A stretch of 61,120 nt of DNA, the filler included. It is 5 parts of 5 records of this genome, joined end to end, with 100 filler letters (N's around TTAATTAATTAA, not from the genome) between each part and the next. Parts side by side here need not be neighbours in the genome. Positions count along the whole stretch, not along the records: positions 15,848 to 30,808 come from SRR2962707_1559; 4 more parts are not named here. One strand, written 5' to 3'. Made by a program: the position numbers and the translations under genes. The first letter of the stretch is position 1, and the number at the start of each line of letters is the position of its first letter. The notes beneath the pieces were generated by a model that saw only the letters and a program-made list of their open reading frames with translations, had not been told where the DNA came from and did no database searches. This document shows positions 17,887 to 27,137 of this stretch, piece by piece.

Positions 17887-19263
17887 TCAGACGCCGCCCT
17901 GCCCCGCAACCCTGCGGCTGCCCAGGATTACTGCGACAAAACCGGTGATCAGGACGACAATACAGATCACCAACAGCTGTTCGTATTTGTGACCGTCTGG
18001 CAGGAGGGCTGATACCCACGGCACAGCGCGAGCAAAATAGGCGGCGGCCCCAAGAACCGCAGTGCTGAAAGCCACCGTATAGGCTTGCAAGGTGATGTGT
18101 CGGTTCATGAAAAGCCCCACAACAAGAACAGGGGTCAAAAACATACTCGCCGTCCCGCTCACGGCGACGGCGTCAAACAAGGACTGGTTGCCCCACAATG
18201 TCAGCGCCAGCCCTGCCGCGGCAAAAGCGACCATCACAATACGGCCACTGGTCAGAGACCGAGGCACAAGTTTCAACTCTTCGACAACAAGGCGCGCTGC
18301 AGAGGACAAGGCGGAATCCAAGGTGCTGAGCGCTGAGACCAGTAACGACACCATCAATAGCAAGAACACCCAGCTTGGAAACATTCCGGCCCAGGTGCCG
18401 ATCAACTGACCTTCATAGCTCGCCCCCAAGAGGCCCGCTTGAATGCCGAACATGCCAAAAGCCAAAATGCAGAGGGAAGAGAGCCAGAAAGCGTGAAGAA
18501 AGGCCTTTGTACTGGTTTCTTTGCTCGCCAAAAATCCTCGGTCCATCATGACAGGATCATGCACCGGATAGGAAAACACTTGAAGAAAGGCCACGAGTAA
18601 AAGGATCCAGCCATTGTGACTGCCCGCTGTTCCGGGCGCTGTCAAAACGGCGGACATATCAAATCCCGGCGTCAGCACCAAAGCCCCAAAAGCCAGGCCA
18701 AAAACAAAAAGGAACAACACCATCTGAACCACATCGGTTCGCAAGGCGGCACTAAGTCCGCCCCATGCGGAATAGGCCAAAGCCAACAATGCCACGACGA
18801 CGGTTGCCGTCACTCCACTGCCCGGCAACAGGGCCGAGAAGATCAGACCAACGACCAGCAAATTCGCAAAAACTTCGGACAAAAGCCGAAGCCCGATCAC
18901 ACCGTTATACAACCCGGTTCCGACAGTGCCAAAGCGCCGTGAGAGCCAATCCTGAACGCTGCGAGCATTTTCGCGCCGCATCCGACCCACGATAAGCGCG
19001 CCTGTCAGGAAAGACCCGTAATACGCCATATAAGCCAAGGTACCCGCGATGCCGTAATAGTACCCTAAGATGGCCGAATTCATCAGAGAGCGGGCGAAAA
19101 TCCACGTTGTCACCTGGCTCAGCACAAGCACCCAAAGTCCCGGTGCCTGACCATCTTCGGACGCCCCGCCAAAGAAGCCCGAAATAGTGGCCCGTTTAGG
19201 GGCTGCCAACAGGCTGACAACAGAAATAGCACCAAAAATAGAAATCAGAGCAAGGGCTTGCAT
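17887..19263 (-). CDS. Sodium:solute symporter (SSS) family protein
   Basis: About 13 hydrophobic helices; GGLSAALRTDVVQ and STLDSAL SSS motifs. Confidence 0.85.
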   Translation of the reverse strand: MQALALISIFGAISVVSLLAAPKRATISGFFGGASEDGQAPGLWVLVLSQVTTWIFARSLMNSAILGYYYGIAGTLAYMAYYGSFLTGALIVGRMRRENARSVQDWLSRRFGTVGTGLYNGVIGLRLLSEVFANLLVVGLIFSALLPGSGVTATVVVALLALAYSAWGGLSAALRTDVVQMVLFLFVFGLAFGALVLTPGFDMSAVLTAPGTAGSHNGWILLLVAFLQVFSYPVHDPVMMDRGFLASKETSTKAFLHAFWLSSLCILAFGMFGIQAGLLGASYEGQLIGTWAGMFPSWVFLLLMVSLLVSALSTLDSALSSAARLVVEELKLVPRSLTSGRIVMVAFAAAGLALTLWGNQSLFDAVAVSGTASMFLTPVLVVGLFMNRHITLQAYTVAFSTAVLGAAAYFARAVPWVSALLPDGHKYEQLLVICIVVLITGFVAVILGSRRVAGQGGV

Positions 19264-19343
19264 ATGGGAACCTCGTGTAACCGGTCCCAAATGGCTAGCA
19301 GGGCGCTAAGGCTCCGGCTAGGTACGTTTCACTGTATCTACGC

Positions 19344-19364
19344 AAATGTGAGAACTCTCACAAT
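19344..19364. promoter_or_regulatory. CRP/FNR-type palindromic operator overlapping a putative promoter
   Basis: AAATGTGA-gaactc-TCACAAT; minus-strand TTGTGA-N17-TAGATA overlaps it. Confidence 0.6.
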
Positions 19365-19374
19365 CTCTGTGAAC

Positions 19375-20517
19375 TCAGGTACTTGTCAGATCAAACTCGG
19401 CTTTGGCCCGATCCACCCCATTGATTTGCACAACAAGGCCATGCAGCCCCGGGTATAGCCGGAACGTTGTCGCATCGCCCTTCAAGCGGTGTTTTTTGGT
19501 CAAGGTCACCGATTTGCCGATGTCTCCCTTGCAGGCTTTGAGCTTAAACACCTTTTCGCCCTGCTTCCCGTCAGGACGTGCAAAAATAATGCGGTAATCT
19601 ACCATGAGATTGCAGGCATCTTCAGCGGTGATGGACACATCGAATTCCAGCGTCTCGCCGATCTTAACTTGCCGTGTTTTCAGTCTGATGGAAGCCAGAA
19701 CAGGCGCATCACTGCGATAGCCTAGGAAATTCATTGCTCCCGGCTCGCCGCGTTTGATGGCAGTGCGCAAAGCGTGTCGGCTCATCCAAGCCAGTTCTTT
19801 CTCTGATTGCCGACCGGCGCTTTGCCAATCCTGCAACTGACTAACCACGTGATCCGGTGCGATCTTTGAAAGGTCGTTCATATGGTTCGCCACCGATCTG
19901 GTGACGTATCGGGTGGGGTCCGCGTGCAGCTGATCCAAAAATCGCGCAGGCACCATTGGGTCGATTTTGACATTAGTGGCCCAAGGCAGTTTGGGGCGCG
20001 TGCCCTCGCTGACCAATCGCCGGACATGGTAGTTTTCGTCCTGCACCCAGCTATCCAACCGCGCCAAAGTCTCTTCTGGCCAGCGGTTCAGAAACGGGCG
20101 AATGTAGAACTCCATGGAAAAGCGCTGGGTCGACAAATAAAGCAAATCCAGCGAAGCTTCACGATGCGCCTCTAACCCATGACGTACCGCCAAAACCCCT
20201 GGCACGGCATGGATGAAACGGCCAAAATCATCGTCACGCTTGGAAGGGTCAAGCTTGGGCGGCATCGCGGCGTGCAAAGCTTCGGCCATCTCCGGAAAAC
20301 CCGAAGGTAACCGCGCCTCAACACAATCCGCGATCCAGTCCAAACGTTCCAGCAACCCGCGTTCTGGAAACCCGGACAAAACCTCTGACAGAAAAGGTTC
20401 AGCATCAAACCCCGGTAAGACACTGTATTCCTTAGCCAGATCACCGATACTGCTTTCGTTGAACAATTGATCGCTCAACGAAAACTTGGCCGTCTGAGGC
20501 TTTGCAGGTTGTGCCAC
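19375..20517 (-). CDS. alkC: AlkC-family 3-methylpurine DNA glycosylase
   Basis: RFSMEFYIRPF, VRRLVSEGTRPKLPW and SVANHMND motifs; beta-rich C-terminal domain. Confidence 0.78.
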   Translation of the reverse strand: MAQPAKPQTAKFSLSDQLFNESSIGDLAKEYSVLPGFDAEPFLSEVLSGFPERGLLERLDWIADCVEARLPSGFPEMAEALHAAMPPKLDPSKRDDDFGRFIHAVPGVLAVRHGLEAHREASLDLLYLSTQRFSMEFYIRPFLNRWPEETLARLDSWVQDENYHVRRLVSEGTRPKLPWATNVKIDPMVPARFLDQLHADPTRYVTRSVANHMNDLSKIAPDHVVSQLQDWQSAGRQSEKELAWMSRHALRTAIKRGEPGAMNFLGYRSDAPVLASIRLKTRQVKIGETLEFDVSITAEDACNLMVDYRIIFARPDGKQGEKVFKLKACKGDIGKSVTLTKKHRLKGDATTFRLYPGLHGLVVQINGVDRAKAEFDLTST

Positions 20518-20522
20518 GGTTT

Positions 20523-21302
20523 TTACAACGTCGCGTTAATTCCGCCACCGTCCAGCAGCAGGTTTTGACCAACAATGTACCCCGCATGCTGAGAGCACAG
20601 GAAGGCGCATGTTTGGCCAAACTCTTCGGCCGTGCCGTATCGACGGCTGGGAATATCTGCAAGGCGCGCGGCGCGCACGTCATCTATCGGCGTGTTGTCT
20701 TTCTGAGAGATGGCGGATTCCAAACCACGAATCCGGTCCGTATCATGCCCACCGGGCAGCAGATTGTTCACAGTCACACCGTGTTGCGCAACTTGACGCG
20801 ACATCCCGGCGACATAGCCGGTCAACCCTGCACGGGCAGAGTTCGACAGGCCCAACAAGGGGATCGGCGCTTTGACGGACTGCGATGTGATGTTGACCAC
20901 CCGGCCCCAGCCTTTTTCGATCATGCCCGGCACCAATTCTTTTATCAGGGTGATCGGTGTAAGCATGTTGGAATCCAGCGCCTTGATGAAATCGTCGCGT
21001 TCCCAGTCGGTCCACATTCCCGGAGGCGGTCCGCCCGCGTTGGTGACCAAGATGTCCACGCCTGCGGCGGCTTCCAGAACTTTGTTGCGCCCTTCATCGG
21101 ATGTTACATCCGCGGCCACTGTTACCACCTCGACACCGTAAGTGTCGCGGATATGTTGTGCCGTTGCTTCCAAAGCTTCGGCCCCGCGTGCGTTCATCAC
21201 CAGATCAACTCCAGCCTCAGCCAATGCCTCGGCACAACCGCGTCCCAGACCTTTGCTCGATGCGCAAACAAGAGCGCGTTTTCCGCTAATTCCCAAATCC
21301 AT
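20523..21302 (-). CDS. SDR family oxidoreductase
   Basis: ASSKGLG, VTNAGGPPPG, LSNSARAGL motifs; probable start MDLGISGK. Confidence 0.9.
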   Translation of the reverse strand: MDLGISGKRALVCASSKGLGRGCAEALAEAGVDLVMNARGAEALEATAQHIRDTYGVEVVTVAADVTSDEGRNKVLEAAAGVDILVTNAGGPPPGMWTDWERDDFIKALDSNMLTPITLIKELVPGMIEKGWGRVVNITSQSVKAPIPLLGLSNSARAGLTGYVAGMSRQVAQHGVTVNNLLPGGHDTDRIRGLESAISQKDNTPIDDVRAARLADIPSRRYGTAEEFGQTCAFLCSQHAGYIVGQNLLLDGGGINATL

Positions 21303-21434
21303 TTTCGTACTCCTGTCAAAACCGTTGTCGACAAATCGTCGATCAGGCGGCAAGTTCGTGACACAATCCCGGATTAACCTCTCGTCCGCAAGCTTCTCAG
21401 CCGCGATTTTTCGCGCGACAAAGTAATTGGTGCC

Positions 21435-22451
21435 ATGAACTGTCAGGACCCCACTCTCGCGAGCCAAAACATCGCCGTCTTCTGCGCTCATGATTTCCGT
21501 GTGACCAATGGTGCCAACTTGGGTGACGCGCTGAGCTTTTCAGAGGAGCTGTCGCTGGATGATACCTACGTTCTGTCAAGCGAGGCAACTGAACATGCCT
21601 TGGCCCTAACAACGGAATACAAACCGCCCTACCGCATCGGTCGTTCCACAGAAATCGGCAAGCCGGGTCACCTGGTCCATCTGGATTGCTGCCTGACATT
21701 TATGGCCAGTGATGGCTCGATCATCGAAGCATTGACCTTGGTCGAAGTTGATCATTCGGGGGATGTGGCAGACGTCTATTTGATGCCACTCGCAGCTCTG
21801 GACCCGAAACTGGACTATGCTTTGGTGGGAAAAGACGACAAGGCAGCCCGTCAGAAATTTGCACAGGCGGCCTGTGTCGGTTTTGCTCGTGGCACCATGA
21901 TCACAATGGCATCTGGCGCGCAAAAGCCCGTTGAACAGCTTGCCCTTGGCGACACGGTATTAACGCGCGACGCCGGACCACAATCTATTCGCTGGATTGG
22001 GCAGGTCACCACCCGCGCGGTCGGTGCCTTTGCCCCGATCCTGATCAAAGCGGACACATTGAACAACATTAACGATCTTTTGGTCAGCCCTGATCACCGT
22101 CTCTTTGTGTTCCAAAGGTCTGACAGGTTGGGGGCTGGACGTTCAGAGCTGTTGGTCCGGGCCAAACATCTGGTGAACGGCGATACCGTGACGATAAAAT
22201 CTGGTGGGCATGTCGACTATTTCCAGATGCTGTTTGATCACCATCAGATCATTTTCGCAGAAGGCATTGCCGCAGAATCGATGCTTGTCGACCCACGAAC
22301 AAGTGCGGCCCTACCGGATGAAGTCAGCGGCGATCTGACGGAATTGACCATGACCCACCAAAATAGTGATCGGCCCGAGCTGAATGTGCAAAAGGGTTTG
22401 CTCAATCGGCCGGACGCAGCGGAATTGCTGAAGAAGTCCAGCAGCCACTAG
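21435..22451 (+). CDS. Hint_2 (Hedgehog/intein) domain protein
   Basis: FARGTMITM, VEQLALGDTVLTRD, LLVSPDHR and HQIIFAEGIAAES blocks. Confidence 0.85.
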   Translation: MNCQDPTLASQNIAVFCAHDFRVTNGANLGDALSFSEELSLDDTYVLSSEATEHALALTTEYKPPYRIGRSTEIGKPGHLVHLDCCLTFMASDGSIIEALTLVEVDHSGDVADVYLMPLAALDPKLDYALVGKDDKAARQKFAQAACVGFARGTMITMASGAQKPVEQLALGDTVLTRDAGPQSIRWIGQVTTRAVGAFAPILIKADTLNNINDLLVSPDHRLFVFQRSDRLGAGRSELLVRAKHLVNGDTVTIKSGGHVDYFQMLFDHHQIIFAEGIAAESMLVDPRTSAALPDEVSGDLTELTMTHQNSDRPELNVQKGLLNRPDAAELLKKSSSH

Positions 22452-22523
22452 AACCACGCCTTTTGTATCGCCCCGATACATCGGTCAGACTTGAACAGCG
22501 AAGGCTAAACCACGTTGAATTTC

Positions 22524-22552
22524 TTGCCAATGGCCCGCGTCTGACCTATACG
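22524..22552 (+). promoter_or_regulatory. Sigma70-type promoter of prfC, probably leaderless
   Basis: TTGCCA-N17-TATACG with ATG 7 nt downstream and no SD. Confidence 0.5.
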
Positions 22553-22559
22553 CGCGCTC

Positions 22560-24167
22560 ATGTTGGACACCTCTTCAAACCGCCCAAAACTGCCCGCCGA
22601 GATTGCTCGTCGCCGGACGTTTGCGATTATTTCCCACCCGGACGCCGGTAAGACGACGTTAACGGAAAAATTCCTGTTGTACGGTGGTGCGATTCAGATG
22701 GCGGGACAGGTCCGCGCAAAGGGTGAAGCCCGCCGCACACGGTCTGACTTTATGAAGATGGAGCAAGATCGCGGGATCTCGGTTTCTGCTTCTGCAATGT
22801 CTTTCGACTTCAAGACGTTCCGCTTTAATTTGGTGGATACCCCCGGTCACTCAGACTTTTCTGAAGACACCTATCGTACTCTAACGGCTGTTGACGCGGC
22901 TGTCATGGTCATCGACGGGGCGAAGGGTGTCGAAAGCCAAACTCAAAAGCTCTTTGAAGTGTGTCGTTTGCGCGATTTGCCTATCCTGACCTTCTGTAAC
23001 AAGATGGACCGGGAAAGCCGCGATACATTCGATATTATTGATGAAATTCAAGAAAATCTGGCGATTGATGTCTCCCCGGCCAGCTGGCCGATTGGCGTAG
23101 GCCGCGATTTTCTGGGGTGTTACGACCTGTTGAACGATCGCCTTGAACTGATGGATCGCGCAGACCGGAATACGGTTGCCGAAACCATCTCGATCAGCGG
23201 TTTGGATGATCCCCTGCTTGATGAACACGTGCCTGCGGATTTGGCGGAAAAGCTGCGCGAAGAGGTCGAGATGGCCCGCGAATTGCTGCCACGCCTTGAT
23301 CCCCAATCCGTGTTAGAAGGCCATATGACCCCGATTTGGTTTGGCTCTGCGATCAACTCCTTTGGGGTTCAGGAATTAATGGACGGGATTCGTAAATACG
23401 GACCCGAGCCGCAAATCCAAAACGCTACACCTCGCAAAATCGCTCCGGAAGAAACCAAAGTGACCGGCTTTGTTTTTAAGGTTCAGGCCAACATGGACCC
23501 GAAACACCGCGATCGGGTTGCCTTTGTCCGTCTCGCCTCGGGCCATTTTAAACGGGGCATGAAACTCACCCACGTTCGGACGAAAAAACCAATGTCGGTT
23601 TCAAACCCTGTCTTGTTTTTGGCTTCAGACCGCGAACTGGCAGAAGAAGCCTGGGCTGGCGACATCATCGGGATTCCCAACCACGGGCAATTGCGCATTG
23701 GTGATACATTGACCGAAGGCGAAGCCATTCGGGTTTCGGGCATACCGTCCTTTGCGCCTGAATTGCTTCAAGGCGTTCGCGCCGGCGATCCGTTAAAATC
23801 AAAGCACCTTGAAAAGGCATTGATGCAATTTGCCGAAGAAGGCGCTGCAAAAATCTTTAAGCCCAGCTTTGGTTCCGGGTTTATTGTTGGCGTTGTCGGA
23901 GCCCTTCAGTTCGAAGTCTTGGGCAGCCGGATTGAACTGGAATACGGTCTGCCCGTCCGGTTTGAGCCTTCACAATTTACCTCAGCGCGCTGGGTCACTG
24001 GCCCCAAAGACGCGGTGGACAAGTTTGTGAATGCCAACAAACAGCACATTTCGGTCGACAATGATGGCGACATTGTCTTCATGACCCGTTTGCAATGGGA
24101 CATTGACCGCGTGGTACGTGATTACCCCGAGATAAAACTGTCCTCTGTCAAAGAAATGATGGTGTAA
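22560..24167 (+). CDS. prfC: Peptide chain release factor 3
   Basis: RRTFAIISHPDAGKTT, DTPGHSDFSEDTYR and VGALQFEV motifs. Confidence 0.97.
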   Translation: MLDTSSNRPKLPAEIARRRTFAIISHPDAGKTTLTEKFLLYGGAIQMAGQVRAKGEARRTRSDFMKMEQDRGISVSASAMSFDFKTFRFNLVDTPGHSDFSEDTYRTLTAVDAAVMVIDGAKGVESQTQKLFEVCRLRDLPILTFCNKMDRESRDTFDIIDEIQENLAIDVSPASWPIGVGRDFLGCYDLLNDRLELMDRADRNTVAETISISGLDDPLLDEHVPADLAEKLREEVEMARELLPRLDPQSVLEGHMTPIWFGSAINSFGVQELMDGIRKYGPEPQIQNATPRKIAPEETKVTGFVFKVQANMDPKHRDRVAFVRLASGHFKRGMKLTHVRTKKPMSVSNPVLFLASDRELAEEAWAGDIIGIPNHGQLRIGDTLTEGEAIRVSGIPSFAPELLQGVRAGDPLKSKHLEKALMQFAEEGAAKIFKPSFGSGFIVGVVGALQFEVLGSRIELEYGLPVRFEPSQFTSARWVTGPKDAVDKFVNANKQHISVDNDGDIVFMTRLQWDIDRVVRDYPEIKLSSVKEMMV

Positions 24168-24168
24168 C

Positions 24169-24618
24169 TTGAGGCTGCGAAAACGACATGTCACACCGTT
24201 TGTTTTCGCAGCTTTTCTAGGGCTTTCTTCGGCCTTGGCATCCTCTACGCCTGACCAATGGATTTTGCTGTCACAAGCAGCCATAGAAGAACAGATCAAT
24301 GGCGATTTGTGGCGGGCAGAAAAAACCATACCAGACAATTTGCGCGCGGCCGCCAACACGCCATTTGAAATTTCCGGGATCTATGTGCCTATTCAGGCAG
24401 AGCCCTTTATTTCTCAGTTTCTGCTGGTTGAGTCCGCACAAAACTGCCCATTCTGTGGCACAGACGGATCAGGGCCCGTTGTCGAAGTTCACCTTAAAGG
24501 GTCTACGGCCGATATGCCCGAGTTCACCGAAGTGACGTTAATTGGTGACCTGACGTTTGTGGAAGATCCGGAAACTCTGCAATTGTTCATCCTGAAAAAC
24601 GCCCGTCTAAAAAACTAG
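24169..24618 (+). CDS. Exported CPFC-motif protein (DUF3299-like)
   Basis: Signal peptide, GIYVP and CPFC motifs; TTG start uncertain. Confidence 0.6.
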   Translation: MRLRKRHVTPFVFAAFLGLSSALASSTPDQWILLSQAAIEEQINGDLWRAEKTIPDNLRAAANTPFEISGIYVPIQAEPFISQFLLVESAQNCPFCGTDGSGPVVEVHLKGSTADMPEFTEVTLIGDLTFVEDPETLQLFILKNARLKN

Positions 24619-24669
24619 CGGCTTGCGTCTACGCGCAGAGGTGATCAAACTCTCGAAAGCTGTAAGGGA

Positions 24670-25434
24670 TTGAATTTGGACAAGACAGATGAAACCTACC
24701 CCGGCGGGATCGAAAGTCTGACGACACAATGGGAACGCCGACGTGTTAAGCTGAAATATGGCGATGACGAAGCTTTGCCCCTGCTCGACGTAGATTTTGC
24801 CCCCCTAAAATCCCGTGTGATTCCCTCGGATGTACCGGACTTGCCAGAGGATGCGAGTCGTGGCGCCCGAAAACGTCAGGCCCAAATGGCGGAAATGACC
24901 GGCTTGTCTGAATTGGCTTTGTTGAATGCCCAGCTGATCGCCAATTTGAGAAAACGACGTTTCCCAGAGCAAGCCCCCGCCTTGTTTCGCCGACTCTGGA
25001 CCGAAGAAGGCCCTTTCCTTATCGCAGAGCTCGATAATCGCTGGCTTATCTCTTCTGTTATTACATTTGCGGATCACGGCGAAACCGAAGCGGATAGAAG
25101 AATCGGACAGTCATTGAACGTATTGTTTTCGCTCACTAAACTTTATGAGTTCGAGAGACAGTTCTCTGGTTTAGACGCCAGAGAGCCTTATCCGATGGGG
25201 AAAAGAAAACGGCAAGACCTCCCTTTGACGATGCCGCCCTTTGCTCTCATGCGGGGGGATTTGGAGGCCAACTTCCTCGCTCCCTTGTGGCGTGATGCCA
25301 ATTTGGCACCCGACGCCGGGGCGCTTGCAAAACACTTGCTAGAACAACTTAACCAAGAACCGCGCAGTCTATTTCGCCGATTCAAACAAATGCGCGACAT
25401 AAAACGCGCGCGTCAGGCCCGTCGAAACAGTTAG
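24670..25434 (+). CDS. Hypothetical protein
   Basis: 254-aa ORF filling the gap, AAGGGA before a TTG start. Confidence 0.7.
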   Translation: MNLDKTDETYPGGIESLTTQWERRRVKLKYGDDEALPLLDVDFAPLKSRVIPSDVPDLPEDASRGARKRQAQMAEMTGLSELALLNAQLIANLRKRRFPEQAPALFRRLWTEEGPFLIAELDNRWLISSVITFADHGETEADRRIGQSLNVLFSLTKLYEFERQFSGLDAREPYPMGKRKRQDLPLTMPPFALMRGDLEANFLAPLWRDANLAPDAGALAKHLLEQLNQEPRSLFRRFKQMRDIKRARQARRNS

Positions 25435-25570
25435 AATTCAGTAAAACTTGACCATTTAGCACTTTTGGGCTACCTGTGCGCGGCCTTCCACCGTGGAATG
25501 GCGGACGCGGGAGCGCCCGGAATATGCGCTCCGAAATCTATACGGCGAAAGCCGTTCGAACAGGACGCAT

Positions 25571-27022
25571 ATGATAAAATTCTCTGACCTCGCACTCAGC
25601 CCTAAGGTATTAAAAGCCGTTGAAGAGGCTGGCTACGAGTCGCCAACGCCCATTCAAGCCGGGGCTATCCCCGCCGCTCTTGAAGGCAAAGACGTTTTGG
25701 GCATCGCTCAGACCGGTACTGGCAAAACCGCCAGCTTTACATTGCCCATTATCACACTTTTGGCCCGAGGCCGCGCTCGTGCGCGCATGCCCCGCAGCTT
25801 GGTTCTCTGCCCAACCCGCGAGTTGGCCGCCCAGGTCGCCGAAAACTTCGACATCTACGCCAAACATGTGAAGCTAACCAAAGCGTTGCTAATTGGTGGC
25901 GTTAGTTTCAAAGAACAGGAACAGTTGATCGACAAAGGCGTTGACGTCTTAATCGCGACACCTGGCCGTCTGTTGGACCATTTTGAACGCGGCAAGCTGA
26001 TCTTGTCTGACGTCAAACTTATGGTTGTCGACGAAGCTGACCGTATGCTGGACATGGGATTTATCCCGGATATTGAACGTATCTTCAGCCTGACGCCTTT
26101 CACACGTCAAACCTTGTTCTTCAGTGCCACGATGGCGCCAGAGATTGAGCGCATTACCAATATGTTCCTTTCCTCACCTGCCCGGATCGAAGTTGCCCGT
26201 CAGGCTTCTGCGTCCGAGACGATTGAACAGGGTGTGGTGATCTTCAAGGGATCTCGTCGGGATCGTGAAGCCAGCGAAAAGCGTGCAGTTCTTCGCAAAT
26301 TGATCGAAGACGAAGGCGATAAATGCACGAATGCAATCATTTTCTGTAACCGGAAAACAGATGTCGATATTTGTGCCAAGTCGCTGAAAAAATATGGTTA
26401 TGACGCCGCCCCAATTCACGGCGATCTTGATCAATCGCAACGGACAAAAACCCTAGACGGTTTTCGGGAAGGCAAGCTTCGCTTCCTCGTCGCGTCTGAC
26501 GTCGCCGCTCGGGGTCTTGATGTGCCCTCTGTAAGCCACGTTTTCAATTTTGATGTTCCATCTCACGCCGAGGACTATGTCCACCGCATTGGACGAACAG
26601 GCCGTGCCGGCCGCGAAGGCAAGGCAATGATGATCAGCTCGCCAAAAGACGAGAAGAATTTGGACGCCATCGAAAAGCTGCTTCAGAAGTCTATTCCGCG
26701 CCTCGACAATCCGATCGCGAATGCGCCTGTTACCAAGCCAGAAGCGGACTCCGATACAGGTAAACCGACCCCAGTACGCAGAACAAGAAGCCGGTCGCGC
26801 AAACCGGTTCAGGACGCGGTCGAAAAACCTGTTGAAGTTGCAGCCGCTCCAGTTGTTGAAACTGTCGCCGAGGCCAAACCAGTTGCGGCGGCGCCGGCAA
26901 AGCGCGAACGGGCTGAGCGGAACCAACGTGGGCGCCAGCACAGCCATGATAAGGTCGTGGGCATGGGCGATCATATGCCCAGCTTCATTGCGCTAAGCTT
27001 TGAAGAACGCCGGGCGGGCTAA
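25571..27022 (+). CDS. DEAD-box RNA helicase (RhlE-like)
   Basis: Q motif, AQTGTGKT, PTRELA, DEAD, SAT and HRIGRTGR motifs. Confidence 0.95.
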   Translation: MIKFSDLALSPKVLKAVEEAGYESPTPIQAGAIPAALEGKDVLGIAQTGTGKTASFTLPIITLLARGRARARMPRSLVLCPTRELAAQVAENFDIYAKHVKLTKALLIGGVSFKEQEQLIDKGVDVLIATPGRLLDHFERGKLILSDVKLMVVDEADRMLDMGFIPDIERIFSLTPFTRQTLFFSATMAPEIERITNMFLSSPARIEVARQASASETIEQGVVIFKGSRRDREASEKRAVLRKLIEDEGDKCTNAIIFCNRKTDVDICAKSLKKYGYDAAPIHGDLDQSQRTKTLDGFREGKLRFLVASDVAARGLDVPSVSHVFNFDVPSHAEDYVHRIGRTGRAGREGKAMMISSPKDEKNLDAIEKLLQKSIPRLDNPIANAPVTKPEADSDTGKPTPVRRTRSRSRKPVQDAVEKPVEVAAAPVVETVAEAKPVAAAPAKRERAERNQRGRQHSHDKVVGMGDHMPSFIALSFEERRAG

Positions 27023-27040
27023 AACACTTTAGACGTTACG

Positions 27041-27078
27041 AAAAAAGCAGGGCACGTTTTGCGTGCCCTGCTTTTTTT
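27041..27078. terminator. Bidirectional terminator between helicase and rnj
   Basis: A6-GCAGGGCACG-ttttg-CGTGCCCTGC-T7. Confidence 0.88.
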
Positions 27079-27137
27079 GTTCAGTCAGATTTATTAGGAA
27101 CGCTTGAAGGTACCTCTCAAGCGCTCCTAGTCGACAC

